Virus record (IMG/VR): IMGVR_UViG_3300022752_000002
Coordinates: 883 to 64,882 of that record
DNA length: 64,000 bases
DNA from: a virus
Lineage: Duplodnaviria > Caudoviricetes
Strand: one strand, 5' to 3'
Shown here: one piece after another, positions 36,220 to 45,524 of the stretch
How the letters are laid out: every line of letters starts with the position of its first letter
How positions within the stretch are numbered: position 1 is the stretch's first letter
Translations under genes and position numbers: made by a program
Notes under the pieces: model-generated
The model's input: only the letters and a program-made list of their open reading frames with translations
Told to the model about the DNA's origin: nothing
Databases searched by the model: none

Positions 36220-36533
36220 CACCATTTTTCTTTTGGGCATTTTCCCGTGGAAAGTTTTGCCTTTAAAGCCATAAAGCACCCACAAACCATGCATCTTCCG
36301 CCCTTGAAAAACTCACACTCTCCGCATATTGCGAGCCTTCTTGAAACCTCTTCTTGATTTCCGGTTTTAAATCCATCCTTGGCCCAAGCCGTAGTGTCCA
36401 TATAAAGATTTTTGATTAAATCGGGGATTGGTGGCGGATCTCCGACGGCTGCCCTGTCTGGTCTGGACGTAAATATCTCTTCCGTCATGTTTTTTGGCGG
36501 CTGTCCAAACATTTCTTCTGCAATATTGCTCAT
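36219..36533 (-). CDS. Cys-rich Zn-binding protein (DUF6171-like)
   Basis: RLAICGEC, CMVCGC, KCPKEKW. Confidence 0.6.
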   Translation of the reverse strand: MSNIAEEMFGQPPKNMTEEIFTSRPDRAAVGDPPPIPDLIKNLYMDTTAWAKDGFKTGNQEEVSRRLAICGECEFFKGGRCMVCGCFMALKAKLSTGKCPKEKW

Positions 36534-36853
36534 TTTTCGGTTATTGGTGTCTTTTCAAGAACGGATCGGATTTCGTAGCCAATTTTGGATGAGTCCCCAA
36601 TTCCGGCCTCAAGCTTCATTGCCAAATCGAGAATTTTGTTAAGTCCTATAATTAAATGGTGCGAGTATGCAATTGCATCAAGGGATTCGTGCCTTAGATT
36701 ATTTGCGTACCAAAGAGCTCCAGCTGTCCAAAACTTGCTTTTGTGCTCCTTGTGCCCAGCCTCATACTTCTTCCTGCCGTCGACATAAGCGCACGACCAG
36801 ATGGAGTGGCCATCTGCCTCATAATCTTTACTCGTTCCGTTTTTCACCTTCAT
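36530..36853 (-). CDS. Hypothetical protein
   Basis: KKYEAGHKEH, ESLDAIAY; start uncertain. Confidence 0.45.
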   Translation of the reverse strand: MKVKNGTSKDYEADGHSIWSCAYVDGRKKYEAGHKEHKSKFWTAGALWYANNLRHESLDAIAYSHHLIIGLNKILDLAMKLEAGIGDSSKIGYEIRSVLEKTPITEK

Positions 36854-37271
36854 CCTCCAAAAGCTCCTTGAGGGCCACCCGAAGTGCTGGGCTTGACTTA
36901 ACAAGTTGAACTGGGTCATCCATTTTTTGGTGAGCAACCATAATTTGTTGTCTTTCTACCGGTCTACCAACGATATATGAGAGTGCTAGCTCTGCGGCCT
37001 TGATGCGCGTCGCATAGTCCGGAACCTCGTCAGCCTGCTGTCTTTTGCCGTCCCATTGATGCTTTACTGCGGAGAGCGAGTCCGCAATTGCCTTGACGAT
37101 TGACTGTTGAATGGATGGCTCTGAAAGGGCTTTTTCCAGCCACTCGGCTGGCTTAATATCTTTTTTTATTTCCCGAAGAGTCGGCCCCTTCGATCCAGTC
37201 TTTGACGACAATCGTTTGGTTTGACCTTCTTCTGCGGTATACGCCGTCCCCGTCTCTTGAGCCTCCATCAT
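36828..37271 (-). CDS. Possible terminase small subunit-like protein
   Basis: PDYATRIKAAELALSYIVGRP helix typical of TerS-like proteins; start uncertain. Confidence 0.45.
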   Translation of the reverse strand: MMEAQETGTAYTAEEGQTKRLSSKTGSKGPTLREIKKDIKPAEWLEKALSEPSIQQSIVKAIADSLSAVKHQWDGKRQQADEVPDYATRIKAAELALSYIVGRPVERQQIMVAHQKMDDPVQLVKSSPALRVALKELLEDEGEKRNE

Positions 37272-37680
37272 TTGTGTTTCCCTCTATGGTTATGCAGTAT
37301 TTACCCTTCGGCTCCTCTATGATGCCGGTATGGGCGATTCTGCGTAGTTTGCTAAAATAGATTCCGAAGACATCGGCCGGCTTGGCTTGTTCTGCCGACT
37401 TTCTTTCTCCTGATAGCCACTCCGGAGACCAACCCGTTCTCGGCACTCGGTTCGAAAGGCCGGCCTCTCTGAAGACATAGAAATTGAAGGCTGCGCACCA
37501 AGGATAGCCGGGATCAAGACCCACAGAGGCAAGGATTTTGTCCACCAAGGGCCCGGAGTTTGGACCCCATTCCTCTTTTGTCTCCAATAAGGCTGAGGCA
37601 ACTCGGACAACATCTTCTCTTGGGCCCGCGAAAAGCTGAAAAGACATTGACAATAAAGCCAAGACAGCCGGCATGCGCAT
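37153..37680 (-). CDS. CHAP-domain endolysin with signal sequence
   Basis: YPWCAAF (Cys), HTGII (His), TIEGNT; hydrophobic N-terminus. Confidence 0.85.
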   Translation of the reverse strand: MRMPAVLALLSMSFQLFAGPREDVVRVASALLETKEEWGPNSGPLVDKILASVGLDPGYPWCAAFNFYVFREAGLSNRVPRTGWSPEWLSGERKSAEQAKPADVFGIYFSKLRRIAHTGIIEEPKGKYCITIEGNTNDGGSRDGDGVYRRRRSNQTIVVKDWIEGADSSGNKKRY

Positions 37681-37684
37681 TTGA

Positions 37685-38032
37685 TTATCTCCATGCAAGA
37701 AGGCATGTAATTGCTCCAATGAAAAGAACTGCCCAAATTGCGATTGAGTAAAACAGCCTTGCTTGCGGTGTTGTCGACCTCCAGTCCTGAGTCCATTTTT
37801 GGTCGTCTATGTGTTTGTCCAAGGAGGGCCATTCGAGCTGAAAGGCGAGCCAAGCAATCCATACTGCCAAGAAATATGTTGCGGCCCCAATTGCAAGCCC
37901 ATGAATTGAGCCCCTGTCCCAGACCCCGGCGGTTGCATCAATTTGCTGAACCAAGGGTGCCGAGTACCAAAAGACCAATCCTGCAATCAGAAAGCACCAA
38001 AACCCCTGAAGAGTTGAAAAGAATCTTCTCAC
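37685..38032 (-). CDS. Holin-like membrane protein
   Basis: Three hydrophobic segments; next to the endolysin. Confidence 0.55.
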   Translation of the reverse strand: MRRFFSTLQGFWCFLIAGLVFWYSAPLVQQIDATAGVWDRGSIHGLAIGAATYFLAVWIAWLAFQLEWPSLDKHIDDQKWTQDWRSTTPQARLFYSIAIWAVLFIGAITCLLAWR

Positions 38033-38412
38033 CAAGGTATTCCAATGAGCTTTCTGGCAATCCAAAAAATTGGGCCACGAGCGGCAAACAAAATAGCCAC
38101 AATCAGGGCGCCCCTCCAAAACCACAATTCCTTTAAGGCCTTTCTTTGTTTCTGCTTCCAATATTCTGCGTCTTTGATGGCATCGTTTTTATCCCGGATT
38201 GCCTGCTCAAGCTGGGCTCCATTTGTTTCGCAAGCCTCAATGGCTGTTTTTAGCTGGTCTCTTGCTGCGACAAGATGCCTCTTTGTTGCCGGATCTGCGC
38301 TTTCAATTGCCATATCGATTCTTGCATTGGCAGCAGAAAAGTCCGCTACTCTTGTTTTGGTGCTGGCACATCCGGACAAAATCAAAAGAACAGCGGGAAT
38401 TATTATGAGCAT
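38029..38412 (-). CDS. Lipoprotein with C-terminal TM segment (unimolecular spanin-like)
   Basis: Lipobox LSGC, coiled coil, C-terminal ALIVAILFAA. Confidence 0.6.
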   Translation of the reverse strand: MLIIIPAVLLILSGCASTKTRVADFSAANARIDMAIESADPATKRHLVAARDQLKTAIEACETNGAQLEQAIRDKNDAIKDAEYWKQKQRKALKELWFWRGALIVAILFAARGPIFWIARKLIGIPW

Positions 38413-39215
38413 TTTAACCTACATCCTGCCGGTGCCACAGGAGCAAAAGCCTGACCGGCCCATCTCCCGGAAGTCTTGTCAAAAGCCCGGCTATTTCTCT
38501 TGTTTTCCTCATAGATTTGCCCATTTTGCGTAACGCTGTTTTCGGATGTTGAGGTGGAAGACTCTGTTCCTTCCGAGTTGCTTGATTCTGATCTTATTGT
38601 TTCAGATCCATCCTCAGAACTGGATGATGAGCCAGAGCCAGATCCTCCAAGTTCTGTTCTTTGATCTGAAGATGAAGAGCCCTCCTCGGATTCCGATGAC
38701 GTTGTTGTGTTTGAGTTTTCCTTTCTGCTCGATAGGCCGCCAGAGGAGTCGTTTTGGGAGTTTCCCTCATCCTCTTCATTTGACCTCAGGGATACTCCAT
38801 TTGACTGGTCTGATGAAGAGTCCTGCGATGCTTCCAAAGACTCCGAGGAATCAAGGCTTATTGATTCAGATTGCTCGTTTTCAGCAGACGACTCCTGATC
38901 GCCAGAATCAGACTCTTCGGAATCCTCAGATAAATCAAGATCGGTGGACGAGGTTTGCTCAGATGAGCCTCCTCCGGAAACTGATCCAGAAAGACCGCCC
39001 CCATCCTTTGTTTCAGTCGCAACCGAGCTTCGAGAAAGCAATTGATGGCCAGATATTACCATCATTTCAAAATCGATCTTCTCAGGAAGGTCGACCATAA
39101 TGCCAAGGAGCGGGTTTGACTGATTATTATTTCTTGCCGTTGCTATCCCCTGTCGTATCTCAAAAAGAGAATCCCGAAGAAAAAGATCAACCTCAGATAG
39201 GGGAACGATGTTCAT
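38403..39215 (-). CDS. Ser/Glu-rich protein, paralog of 40101-40874
   Basis: Shared N-terminal EIRQGI...DLPEKIDFEM, then an acidic Ser-rich tract. Confidence 0.65.
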   Translation of the reverse strand: MNIVPLSEVDLFLRDSLFEIRQGIATARNNNQSNPLLGIMVDLPEKIDFEMMVISGHQLLSRSSVATETKDGGGLSGSVSGGGSSEQTSSTDLDLSEDSEESDSGDQESSAENEQSESISLDSSESLEASQDSSSDQSNGVSLRSNEEDEGNSQNDSSGGLSSRKENSNTTTSSESEEGSSSSDQRTELGGSGSGSSSSSEDGSETIRSESSNSEGTESSTSTSENSVTQNGQIYEENKRNSRAFDKTSGRWAGQAFAPVAPAGCRLKCS

Positions 39216-39475
39216 TTAAAGAATCTTGCAGTGACAATCTGCCAAACTGCCGAGACAACTCCCCCTGCAACTACCCCGACAAGCCAGAGCTTTGTTTTTA
39301 GGCTATGCGAATCCTTTTCAAGGTTAGAGATCCTTTCATCAAACTCATCTAACTTTTCAACATGGAGATGAAGCCAATCGTGGATTTGTATTTGCCGCTG
39401 CTCCATTCTGGCAAGCCTTTCCCCTTGGGTCTGAAGCCTGTCGCGGATGTCGTTTAGTTCTAAATCAATGTTCAC
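39212..39475 (-). CDS. Coiled-coil protein with C-terminal TM segment (holin/XhlA-like)
   Basis: ERLARME, RISNLE, LWLVGVVAGGVVSAVW. Confidence 0.6.
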   Translation of the reverse strand: MNIDLELNDIRDRLQTQGERLARMEQRQIQIHDWLHLHVEKLDEFDERISNLEKDSHSLKTKLWLVGVVAGGVVSAVWQIVTARFFK

Positions 39476-40104
39476 GGAGCAACATCTCCGGGGAACTGGA
39501 CAACGATTGGGACGCTAAACCTCACCACGCACCCTATGTCATCCTTTTGTGTTTCTGTCCTTGTTGATGTGCCGCTTGAGGATCGTGATGAGCTTGAGGA
39601 GCGGGAGGAGCTAGAAGACCCCGAGCCGCTCGATGAGCGGGATGTGCTGGAGCTTCTTGTCCCGCTGGAGGATCTGGATCCGCTCGACGATCTTGAGCCC
39701 GAGGAGCTTGTTGACCGGCTACCAGAAGAACTTGTTGAGCTAGATCGGCTTGTGCTTCCGGATCCGCTTGACGAACTGCTATTGCTAGAACTTGCGGAGC
39801 CACTTGTGGATCGGCTGGAGCTTGCTGACCGACTTGATGAATTTGATCCGCTTGTGCTTGAAGAGGCACTTGAAGAATTGCTAGATGAACGACTTCCGCT
39901 TCTTGAGGAAGATCCTGAGTTGCTTGAGCTTGTAGATGTGCTGGAAGATCCTGAGGTTGAAGAGCTCCCGGATGTGGACGATGATCCTGAGCTTGAGGTT
40001 GATTGCGAAGAGCTCCCAGAGCTTGAGTTTGATGAGCTTCCAGATCCGGAGTTAACAGAATTTCCAGTCTGCGAGTTTAGATAATCTGCAAGTGTAAAGC
40101 TCAT
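39472..40104 (-). CDS. Extremely Ser-rich protein
   Basis: About 150-aa (S-x)n tract with mixed Ser codons; C-terminal VVRFSVPIVV; ATGA/GTGA coupling on both sides. Confidence 0.7.
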   Translation of the reverse strand: MSFTLADYLNSQTGNSVNSGSGSSSNSSSGSSSQSTSSSGSSSTSGSSSTSGSSSTSTSSSNSGSSSRSGSRSSSNSSSASSSTSGSNSSSRSASSSRSTSGSASSSNSSSSSGSGSTSRSSSTSSSGSRSTSSSGSRSSSGSRSSSGTRSSSTSRSSSGSGSSSSSRSSSSSRSSSGTSTRTETQKDDIGCVVRFSVPIVVQFPGDVAP

Positions 40105-40874
40105 GATGCTTGTTGAACTCCTCCTCCAACCTCATCTAGGCGCCAGTAATTACGACTCGTCTGGGTTACAACACACTTGTCGGAACACTCAAATTCAGAA
40201 GAAGAGCCACCTGATTTCTTGCTGTCGACGGATCCTTTTTCGTCCGAGGTTCCGGACCCTGATGTTCTTATTTCACTTTCGTTGCTTGTTCTGTTCTCAA
40301 GCGATGAAGAAGAACCGGAGGTTTCCTCCTCTGATGATTCGCCGTCTGAGTCGTTTGTTGACGATTGTTGTGCTGTGACGTTTGTTGAGTCGTCCTGTTC
40401 CGAGGATGACGAAACCTCTGACGATAATCCTAGGGTGCTAGAAACCTCTTCAGAGGTGGATAATTTCTCATCCAGACTTGACGAGGCATCTGTTTCTTCT
40501 TTTCCAGATTCATCAGCCTCAAGCGAATCATTGGAACTTCCGGAAGCGGATGAAAAGACCTCATTGTCAGCCTGCTCAGACAAGGATTCGCTGTCTTGCT
40601 GATTTAGCTCAGACGAAATATCCGATTCAACCTCAAGCGAAATCTCTAGCTCACCCTCCGATTGCGAATCCTCAAGGGTTGAGATTCTGTCAAGTTGCTG
40701 ATGATACTTCACTAAATTAATCTCAAAATCAATCCTTTCTGGAAGATCGCACATAACTCCTGTTGAGAAATCCAACGTATTTTGCATGCGTGAAAGGGAA
40801 ACGCCGCGACGTATCTTTGTCAGAACGTCTGTAATCAAGCCCGAGGTCTGGCTAAGGGGTGCAATTGTTGCCAT
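40101..40874 (-). CDS. Ser/Glu-rich protein, paralog of 38403-39215
   Basis: KIRRGV...DLPERIDFEI, then an acidic Ser-rich tract. Confidence 0.65.
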   Translation of the reverse strand: MATIAPLSQTSGLITDVLTKIRRGVSLSRMQNTLDFSTGVMCDLPERIDFEINLVKYHQQLDRISTLEDSQSEGELEISLEVESDISSELNQQDSESLSEQADNEVFSSASGSSNDSLEADESGKEETDASSSLDEKLSTSEEVSSTLGLSSEVSSSSEQDDSTNVTAQQSSTNDSDGESSEEETSGSSSSLENRTSNESEIRTSGSGTSDEKGSVDSKKSGGSSSEFECSDKCVVTQTSRNYWRLDEVGGGVQQAS

Positions 40875-40876
40875 GA

Positions 40877-41746
40877 TTAATATCCCGAGGGCGTTAAAAC
40901 CCTGCTCATGTTTGGGCCTGACGGCTCATGATAGGTTCTTAGGTATGCCTCGGTCTCCTTTCCCTTTAGTAGCGCTGATGCCCTGTCAATCGAGGGATTC
41001 CATACAGTCGTTTGCGCTAATTCGGCGGCAATCAAGGGCACGACAAAGGCTTCAACATCAAGGTTGTTCACGTATAGTGAAAAAGCCGAGGACATCGACA
41101 AAATGGTGAACTGTTGTGGCTCAAGGCTTGCTGAAAATCTCAAAGTCGATGGCTGGGTTGGGAACGGATAAATCCGTATCAAACCCCTCACAGCTCCACC
41201 GACAACATCTCCCAGATTCTCGATTGAATAGAACTGTGGGGTGTTTGACGTTTTCGGAATAACCACCTCATCCTCAACTATTGGAACCTCTGAAATGTAG
41301 TCCAGCCGGTGCTGTTCATTAAAAATGACTGATCCTTCAATTCTTCTTATTGGGGAATACATCGGGACAGCGTCATCGTAGATAACACCCGGGTAAACAC
41401 CTGTTTGCCCCGGCCATGGCTCTCTCATGTTGGATCCAATAGCAAGTGGGCACTTTCTTCCGGAAACATAAAGAGTGTCGCCAATGTCGTCATCCTGAAG
41501 GTCATTTACGCCTGAAAAGGCGGACGACCCCTGTGTCAGTGAAATGGATTGATAATTTCTTGGTGGCTTTAAAAAGTATGTTACAGGAGTGGTTTTTCTT
41601 CCGCTCGGGGCATTCAAATAGTATTTGGACATTCCGGCATTCATTGCCCCAACAACAACGGCGGCCTGATCGGCCGGGACACTGGCAGGGTCTTGGGCAA
41701 GCGCTGTAAAAGAAAGGGCTCTTTGGGCCAATTGAAGGGTTGTCAT
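40877..41746 (-). CDS. Putative head-tail adaptor/tail protein
   Basis: MTTLQLAQRAL, IRIYPFP; downstream of the capsid gene. Confidence 0.55.
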   Translation of the reverse strand: MTTLQLAQRALSFTALAQDPASVPADQAAVVVGAMNAGMSKYYLNAPSGRKTTPVTYFLKPPRNYQSISLTQGSSAFSGVNDLQDDDIGDTLYVSGRKCPLAIGSNMREPWPGQTGVYPGVIYDDAVPMYSPIRRIEGSVIFNEQHRLDYISEVPIVEDEVVIPKTSNTPQFYSIENLGDVVGGAVRGLIRIYPFPTQPSTLRFSASLEPQQFTILSMSSAFSLYVNNLDVEAFVVPLIAAELAQTTVWNPSIDRASALLKGKETEAYLRTYHEPSGPNMSRVLTPSGY

Positions 41747-42414
41747 GCCGCCTCCGAAAGTGTTTGCAGGGCCCTGTCATACTCGGCCTTGAGAAGCGGT
41801 TCCCGCTGTTTTGTTTTGTCGGCAAAAAACAATGAAGAGCAAACGAGGTATCTGGCAATAGGCAGAAGAAGAGTTTCCGCATAGTTGTGGGGTATGGGTA
41901 TTTGCGTTTGCGCCGTGTAGTCTGACAGCGAGTAAGATGGGGCTCGAAGGGAAACCTCGAGTGAAATCTGAGTGTTTACGACTGGCACAGGCACAACAAA
42001 TATTGAAAGGGAGGTGGCATCTGGAGCCGTTCCTCGATTTTGGTCTATGAAGTAAGCATGAGGAGGCGCTCCCTGAAGTGCCGTGATGCTTCCGGCATAG
42101 ATGCCCGAATAGTTGTCATACTCGCCACGAGTGCGGATCGGCCTTAACAACATTCCGTCAGAAACTCTTTTTACAGGCCCAAGAACGGACTGGATTGAAT
42201 CACTTAGCCCAACTGATTTGTTGTTGGATGGAATTGTCACAAGCTCCTCGCTGCGGGTGTAATAATCCAAAAGCCTGTGGCCCTTCGTCCAAAGCAACTG
42301 CATAGCCGAGTTTAGGTCGTTAAATATTCTTCGCCGCATGATGTCTGGAGCAGAGGCATTGTTCGGGATGCCGAACACCTCGTACATGGAGTCGATGGCC
42401 TCGTTAACCTTCAT
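41743..42414 (-). CDS. Putative head-tail adaptor (podovirus type)
   Basis: DLNSAMQ, IFVVPVP, IPIPHNY; position. Confidence 0.6.
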   Translation of the reverse strand: MKVNEAIDSMYEVFGIPNNASAPDIMRRRIFNDLNSAMQLLWTKGHRLLDYYTRSEELVTIPSNNKSVGLSDSIQSVLGPVKRVSDGMLLRPIRTRGEYDNYSGIYAGSITALQGAPPHAYFIDQNRGTAPDATSLSIFVVPVPVVNTQISLEVSLRAPSYSLSDYTAQTQIPIPHNYAETLLLPIARYLVCSSLFFADKTKQREPLLKAEYDRALQTLSEAA

Positions 42415-42803
42415 GGGTTTTTGCGTGGCCGGCCCCGTTTTTTCGGCTTTTCTGCCCTATCATCAATCCTATTGCTGTCTTTGTCTTGAAAATCGGATGG
42501 ATCCCGGGAGAACACTTTTTCGGCCGTCATATAGGCCTCAATAGCCGGAAGGTGGGATCCTTTGGTTTCTGTTTCTTGGATCGGATCCCGCAGGATCCTT
42601 ACAATCGGTATGTAGATTTTATTGGGAACCGATAGGATGGCTTCCAAGTCGGCAGAGTCCTCTGGCCCAAGCTCGCCTCTGTCCCAAAGATGAGCCCTGT
42701 GAATAGGCGAATACACAAAGGTTCTATTGGCGCCCTTGGCGTCCTGAATCTTGAGGAATGGCAAATGAGCCGATCCCCCGTTGATAATGCAAATGGCCCT
42801 CAT
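42411..42803 (-). CDS. Hypothetical virion-region protein
   Basis: MRAICII...KKRGRPRK AT-hook-like tail; start lies after the terminator. Confidence 0.55.
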   Translation of the reverse strand: MRAICIINGGSAHLPFLKIQDAKGANRTFVYSPIHRAHLWDRGELGPEDSADLEAILSVPNKIYIPIVRILRDPIQETETKGSHLPAIEAYMTAEKVFSRDPSDFQDKDSNRIDDRAEKPKKRGRPRKNP

Positions 42804-42843
42804 GAAAGAAGGAAAGGGCAGGGGAGGTTTCCCTCCCCCGCCC
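42804..42843 (-). terminator. Rho-independent terminator after the capsid gene
   Basis: GGGCGGGGGAGG-GAAA-CCTCCCCTGCCC followed by TTTCCTTCTTT. Confidence 0.75.
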
Positions 42844-42856
42844 ATTCCAAGGTCAT

Positions 42857-44386
42857 TTAGGCAATGACCGGCAGGGTCAGGCCTGCGTAGTTCACCGCGT
42901 GGGTCAGCACCAAGTAATTGGGCTGTTCGCCGTCGGGGCGGACATACGGGCTCTGGCCGAAGATCGACGTAATGTAGGTCTTACGCACGAATTCGCCGTC
43001 GTGGTTCTCTTCCGAACGCTCGCCGTCGAGGGAACCGTAACCGCGCACGGCGGCCATGGCACCCAGAACGAGGGAGCGACCAATCGCAACACCGCTGGCA
43101 TTGCACTCAATGATGAGCGAGCCAACAGGGAAGCTGTTGGTGATTTTATCGGAGTGGAACGGATCGGTTGCGGCAGTCGTGACGACAGCCGAGCCGTAGG
43201 CAGTGTTCCAATCGGCGGCCGTCAGGCGACGGAAAGCACCGCTCGCGTCCGAGGTTCCGGAGGCGATGAGGGTGCGATCCAGCGTGAGGGTCGTGCCGTT
43301 GTTCGCGCTGTAATGGAAGATGTTGTACTTCCCGTTGGTCGGGTTGACCAAGAGCACGAAGCCGTCAGCCTGCTCGGAAGCTCCGAAGCCAGCGCCAGTC
43401 GACAGGGAATCCCCTTCAATGAACTTATAGGCATAGCCCGAGAAGAGCTTGAAGTAGGGAGCCTTGCCGGCAGCGGAGGCCGCGCCGCCACCCTGAAGGG
43501 TGATGGCCGAGGTTCCGGTGGCCGTGTTGACCGCATTGCCAGCGGAGGCCTTGGCGTTCAGCGGGGAGCCGATTGCGCCGAAACCGTCGTGGTCGGTCGG
43601 GTTGAACTGGCGGATGGCGTGACCATCAAGATCAACAAATCCACCGGTGAACTGAACGCCATTGTAGCCTTCAGCGGCGGCGGCGGCCTGCACGGCGGCG
43701 AGGTACTTGGACTCGCTTTTGAGCGAGAGCAAACCTTCACCTGTGGAAACCACCACGTAGCGGTTGATTTTGTTCTTGTTGATCGTCGCAACCGTGGCCG
43801 GACGCGCACCGCGAGTGCGGAGCTGCTGGCCGGCGGCGATGATGCCATCATAGCTGACAACGTCGGAGGAACGCAGGGCGTTCACGCCGGACTTGTTGTT
43901 GGCGTAGATGTAATTCTTGCTCCTGCCTTTGTGCAGGAACATCTTCATCAGCTTTTCGGTTTTGATGCGGCCGAGCCAGTTGCCAAGCATCACGGGGACG
44001 TTGGACTTCAGCTCGGAAGCCAGTGCCGTCTTTTCCTCGAGCCGGCGGTTGTAGGAAACCGCATGCCGAAGGAAGTCAACGGTCAGGTTGTACGCGCCAA
44101 CGCGGAAATCTTCCGTGTTGTCGTTGACCAGCGTGTCGCCGGTGACGCCCTCTCCGTAGAGCTGGGCCATCGTGCGGAACGTGATCTTGGATCCGGCACC
44201 ACGACTCAGGTCGCGGAGGGACATAACAGGGTAGCTCTCAGTCGGCCCTTCGAACTGGTTGAAGAAGTTCTCAGCGGCTTCGGAGAGTTGTACCCCCTTC
44301 TTCCAAAGCTCGGGAAGAAACGAGGACGCCTGACTGGTAAAGTCAGTCGTCGCATTGTTGGTAGGGATATTAAGAGCAACGCTCAT
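42857..44386 (-). CDS. Major capsid protein (N4-gp56/DUF4043-like)
   Basis: PELWKK, DLSRGAGSKITF, RHAV; strong AAGGAGG RBS; biased codon use; follows the scaffold gene and is followed by a terminator. Confidence 0.85.
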   Translation of the reverse strand: MSVALNIPTNNATTDFTSQASSFLPELWKKGVQLSEAAENFFNQFEGPTESYPVMSLRDLSRGAGSKITFRTMAQLYGEGVTGDTLVNDNTEDFRVGAYNLTVDFLRHAVSYNRRLEEKTALASELKSNVPVMLGNWLGRIKTEKLMKMFLHKGRSKNYIYANNKSGVNALRSSDVVSYDGIIAAGQQLRTRGARPATVATINKNKINRYVVVSTGEGLLSLKSESKYLAAVQAAAAAEGYNGVQFTGGFVDLDGHAIRQFNPTDHDGFGAIGSPLNAKASAGNAVNTATGTSAITLQGGGAASAAGKAPYFKLFSGYAYKFIEGDSLSTGAGFGASEQADGFVLLVNPTNGKYNIFHYSANNGTTLTLDRTLIASGTSDASGAFRRLTAADWNTAYGSAVVTTAATDPFHSDKITNSFPVGSLIIECNASGVAIGRSLVLGAMAAVRGYGSLDGERSEENHDGEFVRKTYITSIFGQSPYVRPDGEQPNYLVLTHAVNYAGLTLPVIA

Positions 44387-44411
44387 TTATCGCCTCCTTT
44401 CAATTTATGCC

Positions 44412-45467
44412 TCAGAGCTTGGCCATGAGTTCGCGGAATTGGTCCACGTCCTCAATCTTGGACAAGACATCCGAAGCGTTGATGGGTTGGGGTGTGTTGG
44501 TGCGAGCGTTACCGCTTGCGGGTTGGATGGTGGGACTGCGCCGGGCGGTGCTTGACGGGGGCGTCGTAGCAACCGGTTTGGGGGCAGGGGTAGCCTTTGG
44601 GGCCTTCGGATTCCTTGGGGCGATCCCAAGCTCGTTGGCGGCCATTTGGGCCAGCTTAAACGGCATATTGGGGTCGCTGATGATCGGATTCCCGGAGTCC
44701 TGAAGGACATCGAAAATCTCGAACATTTTCTTGGTCAGCGCGGAATCCTTGTTGGCCGTGTCAGGATAGAACTCAACAGCCTTTTGCTTGGCTGAACTGA
44801 GGGTTTCCTGACGGGCGACCTTCTCGGCTTCCTCCCGCTGAATGGCGATCCTTTCGGCCTTGCGAAACTCCTTTTGGAGTCCGGCAATCTCAAGCTCAAG
44901 CTGGGCGGCCTTGTCAAATTCAAGGTTCTTGATGGCATCGGCCTTTTCCTTGGCCTTGGCATCAAGCGTTCCTTCGATTTTGGCAAGATCCGGCACCTCT
45001 TGGGCCTGTTCCGCCTGTTCCTTGCCCTTGGCCATTTCGATGGCCTGCTCAAGGCTGAGGTCGGGGTTGCGGGCCCTGATTTGCAGGGCTTTGCGCTCGA
45101 CCTCCGACCAACTTCCAATCCGTATGCGCTCAGGGAGCGTTTCCGGGTCGGGGGCAGGGGTCTCCTCGGCTTTGGGCTCTTCTTTGGCTTCCTCGTCCTT
45201 TGGCTCCTCTTTTGCCTCTTCAGCCTTTGCCGGTTCTTGGGCTTGCGCCGCTTCTTCCGGCTGTTCGGCGGGGGTTTCTGGTTGCGGATTGTCTTTCGCA
45301 ACCGGTTCCGCCGGTTTGGCTTCGATGGCCTTGGGGTCCAAAGACTGGATAAGCTCGTGGTACGCGCGCTCGTCAAGCGCCGCCACGTCCACAGTCTTGT
45401 TTTGCGTTTCGTTAGAAACGCCCGTCTGAGTAGTGTTCTCGGCTTGCGCCGGAGTATTTTCGCTCAT
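44412..45467 (-). CDS. Capsid scaffolding protein
   Basis: Acidic EP-rich N-terminus, coiled coil, Pro-rich linker; directly upstream of the capsid gene. Confidence 0.75.
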   Translation of the reverse strand: MSENTPAQAENTTQTGVSNETQNKTVDVAALDERAYHELIQSLDPKAIEAKPAEPVAKDNPQPETPAEQPEEAAQAQEPAKAEEAKEEPKDEEAKEEPKAEETPAPDPETLPERIRIGSWSEVERKALQIRARNPDLSLEQAIEMAKGKEQAEQAQEVPDLAKIEGTLDAKAKEKADAIKNLEFDKAAQLELEIAGLQKEFRKAERIAIQREEAEKVARQETLSSAKQKAVEFYPDTANKDSALTKKMFEIFDVLQDSGNPIISDPNMPFKLAQMAANELGIAPRNPKAPKATPAPKPVATTPPSSTARRSPTIQPASGNARTNTPQPINASDVLSKIEDVDQFRELMAKL

Positions 45468-45524
45468 ACATATTCTTTTGGGCTACATGGGGTAGCTCGC
45501 AAAAAGAATATGCCCTTGCGACGC

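Noticed and set aside
39536-40084. 182-aa Asp/Glu/Leu-rich plus-strand ORF
   Set aside because: Antisense reading of Ser codons; the minus-strand ORF is coupled to both neighbours
42899-44428. 509-aa plus-strand ORF antisense to the capsid gene
   Set aside because: Shadow frame kept open by the capsid's codon bias; no motifs; equal length is coincidental
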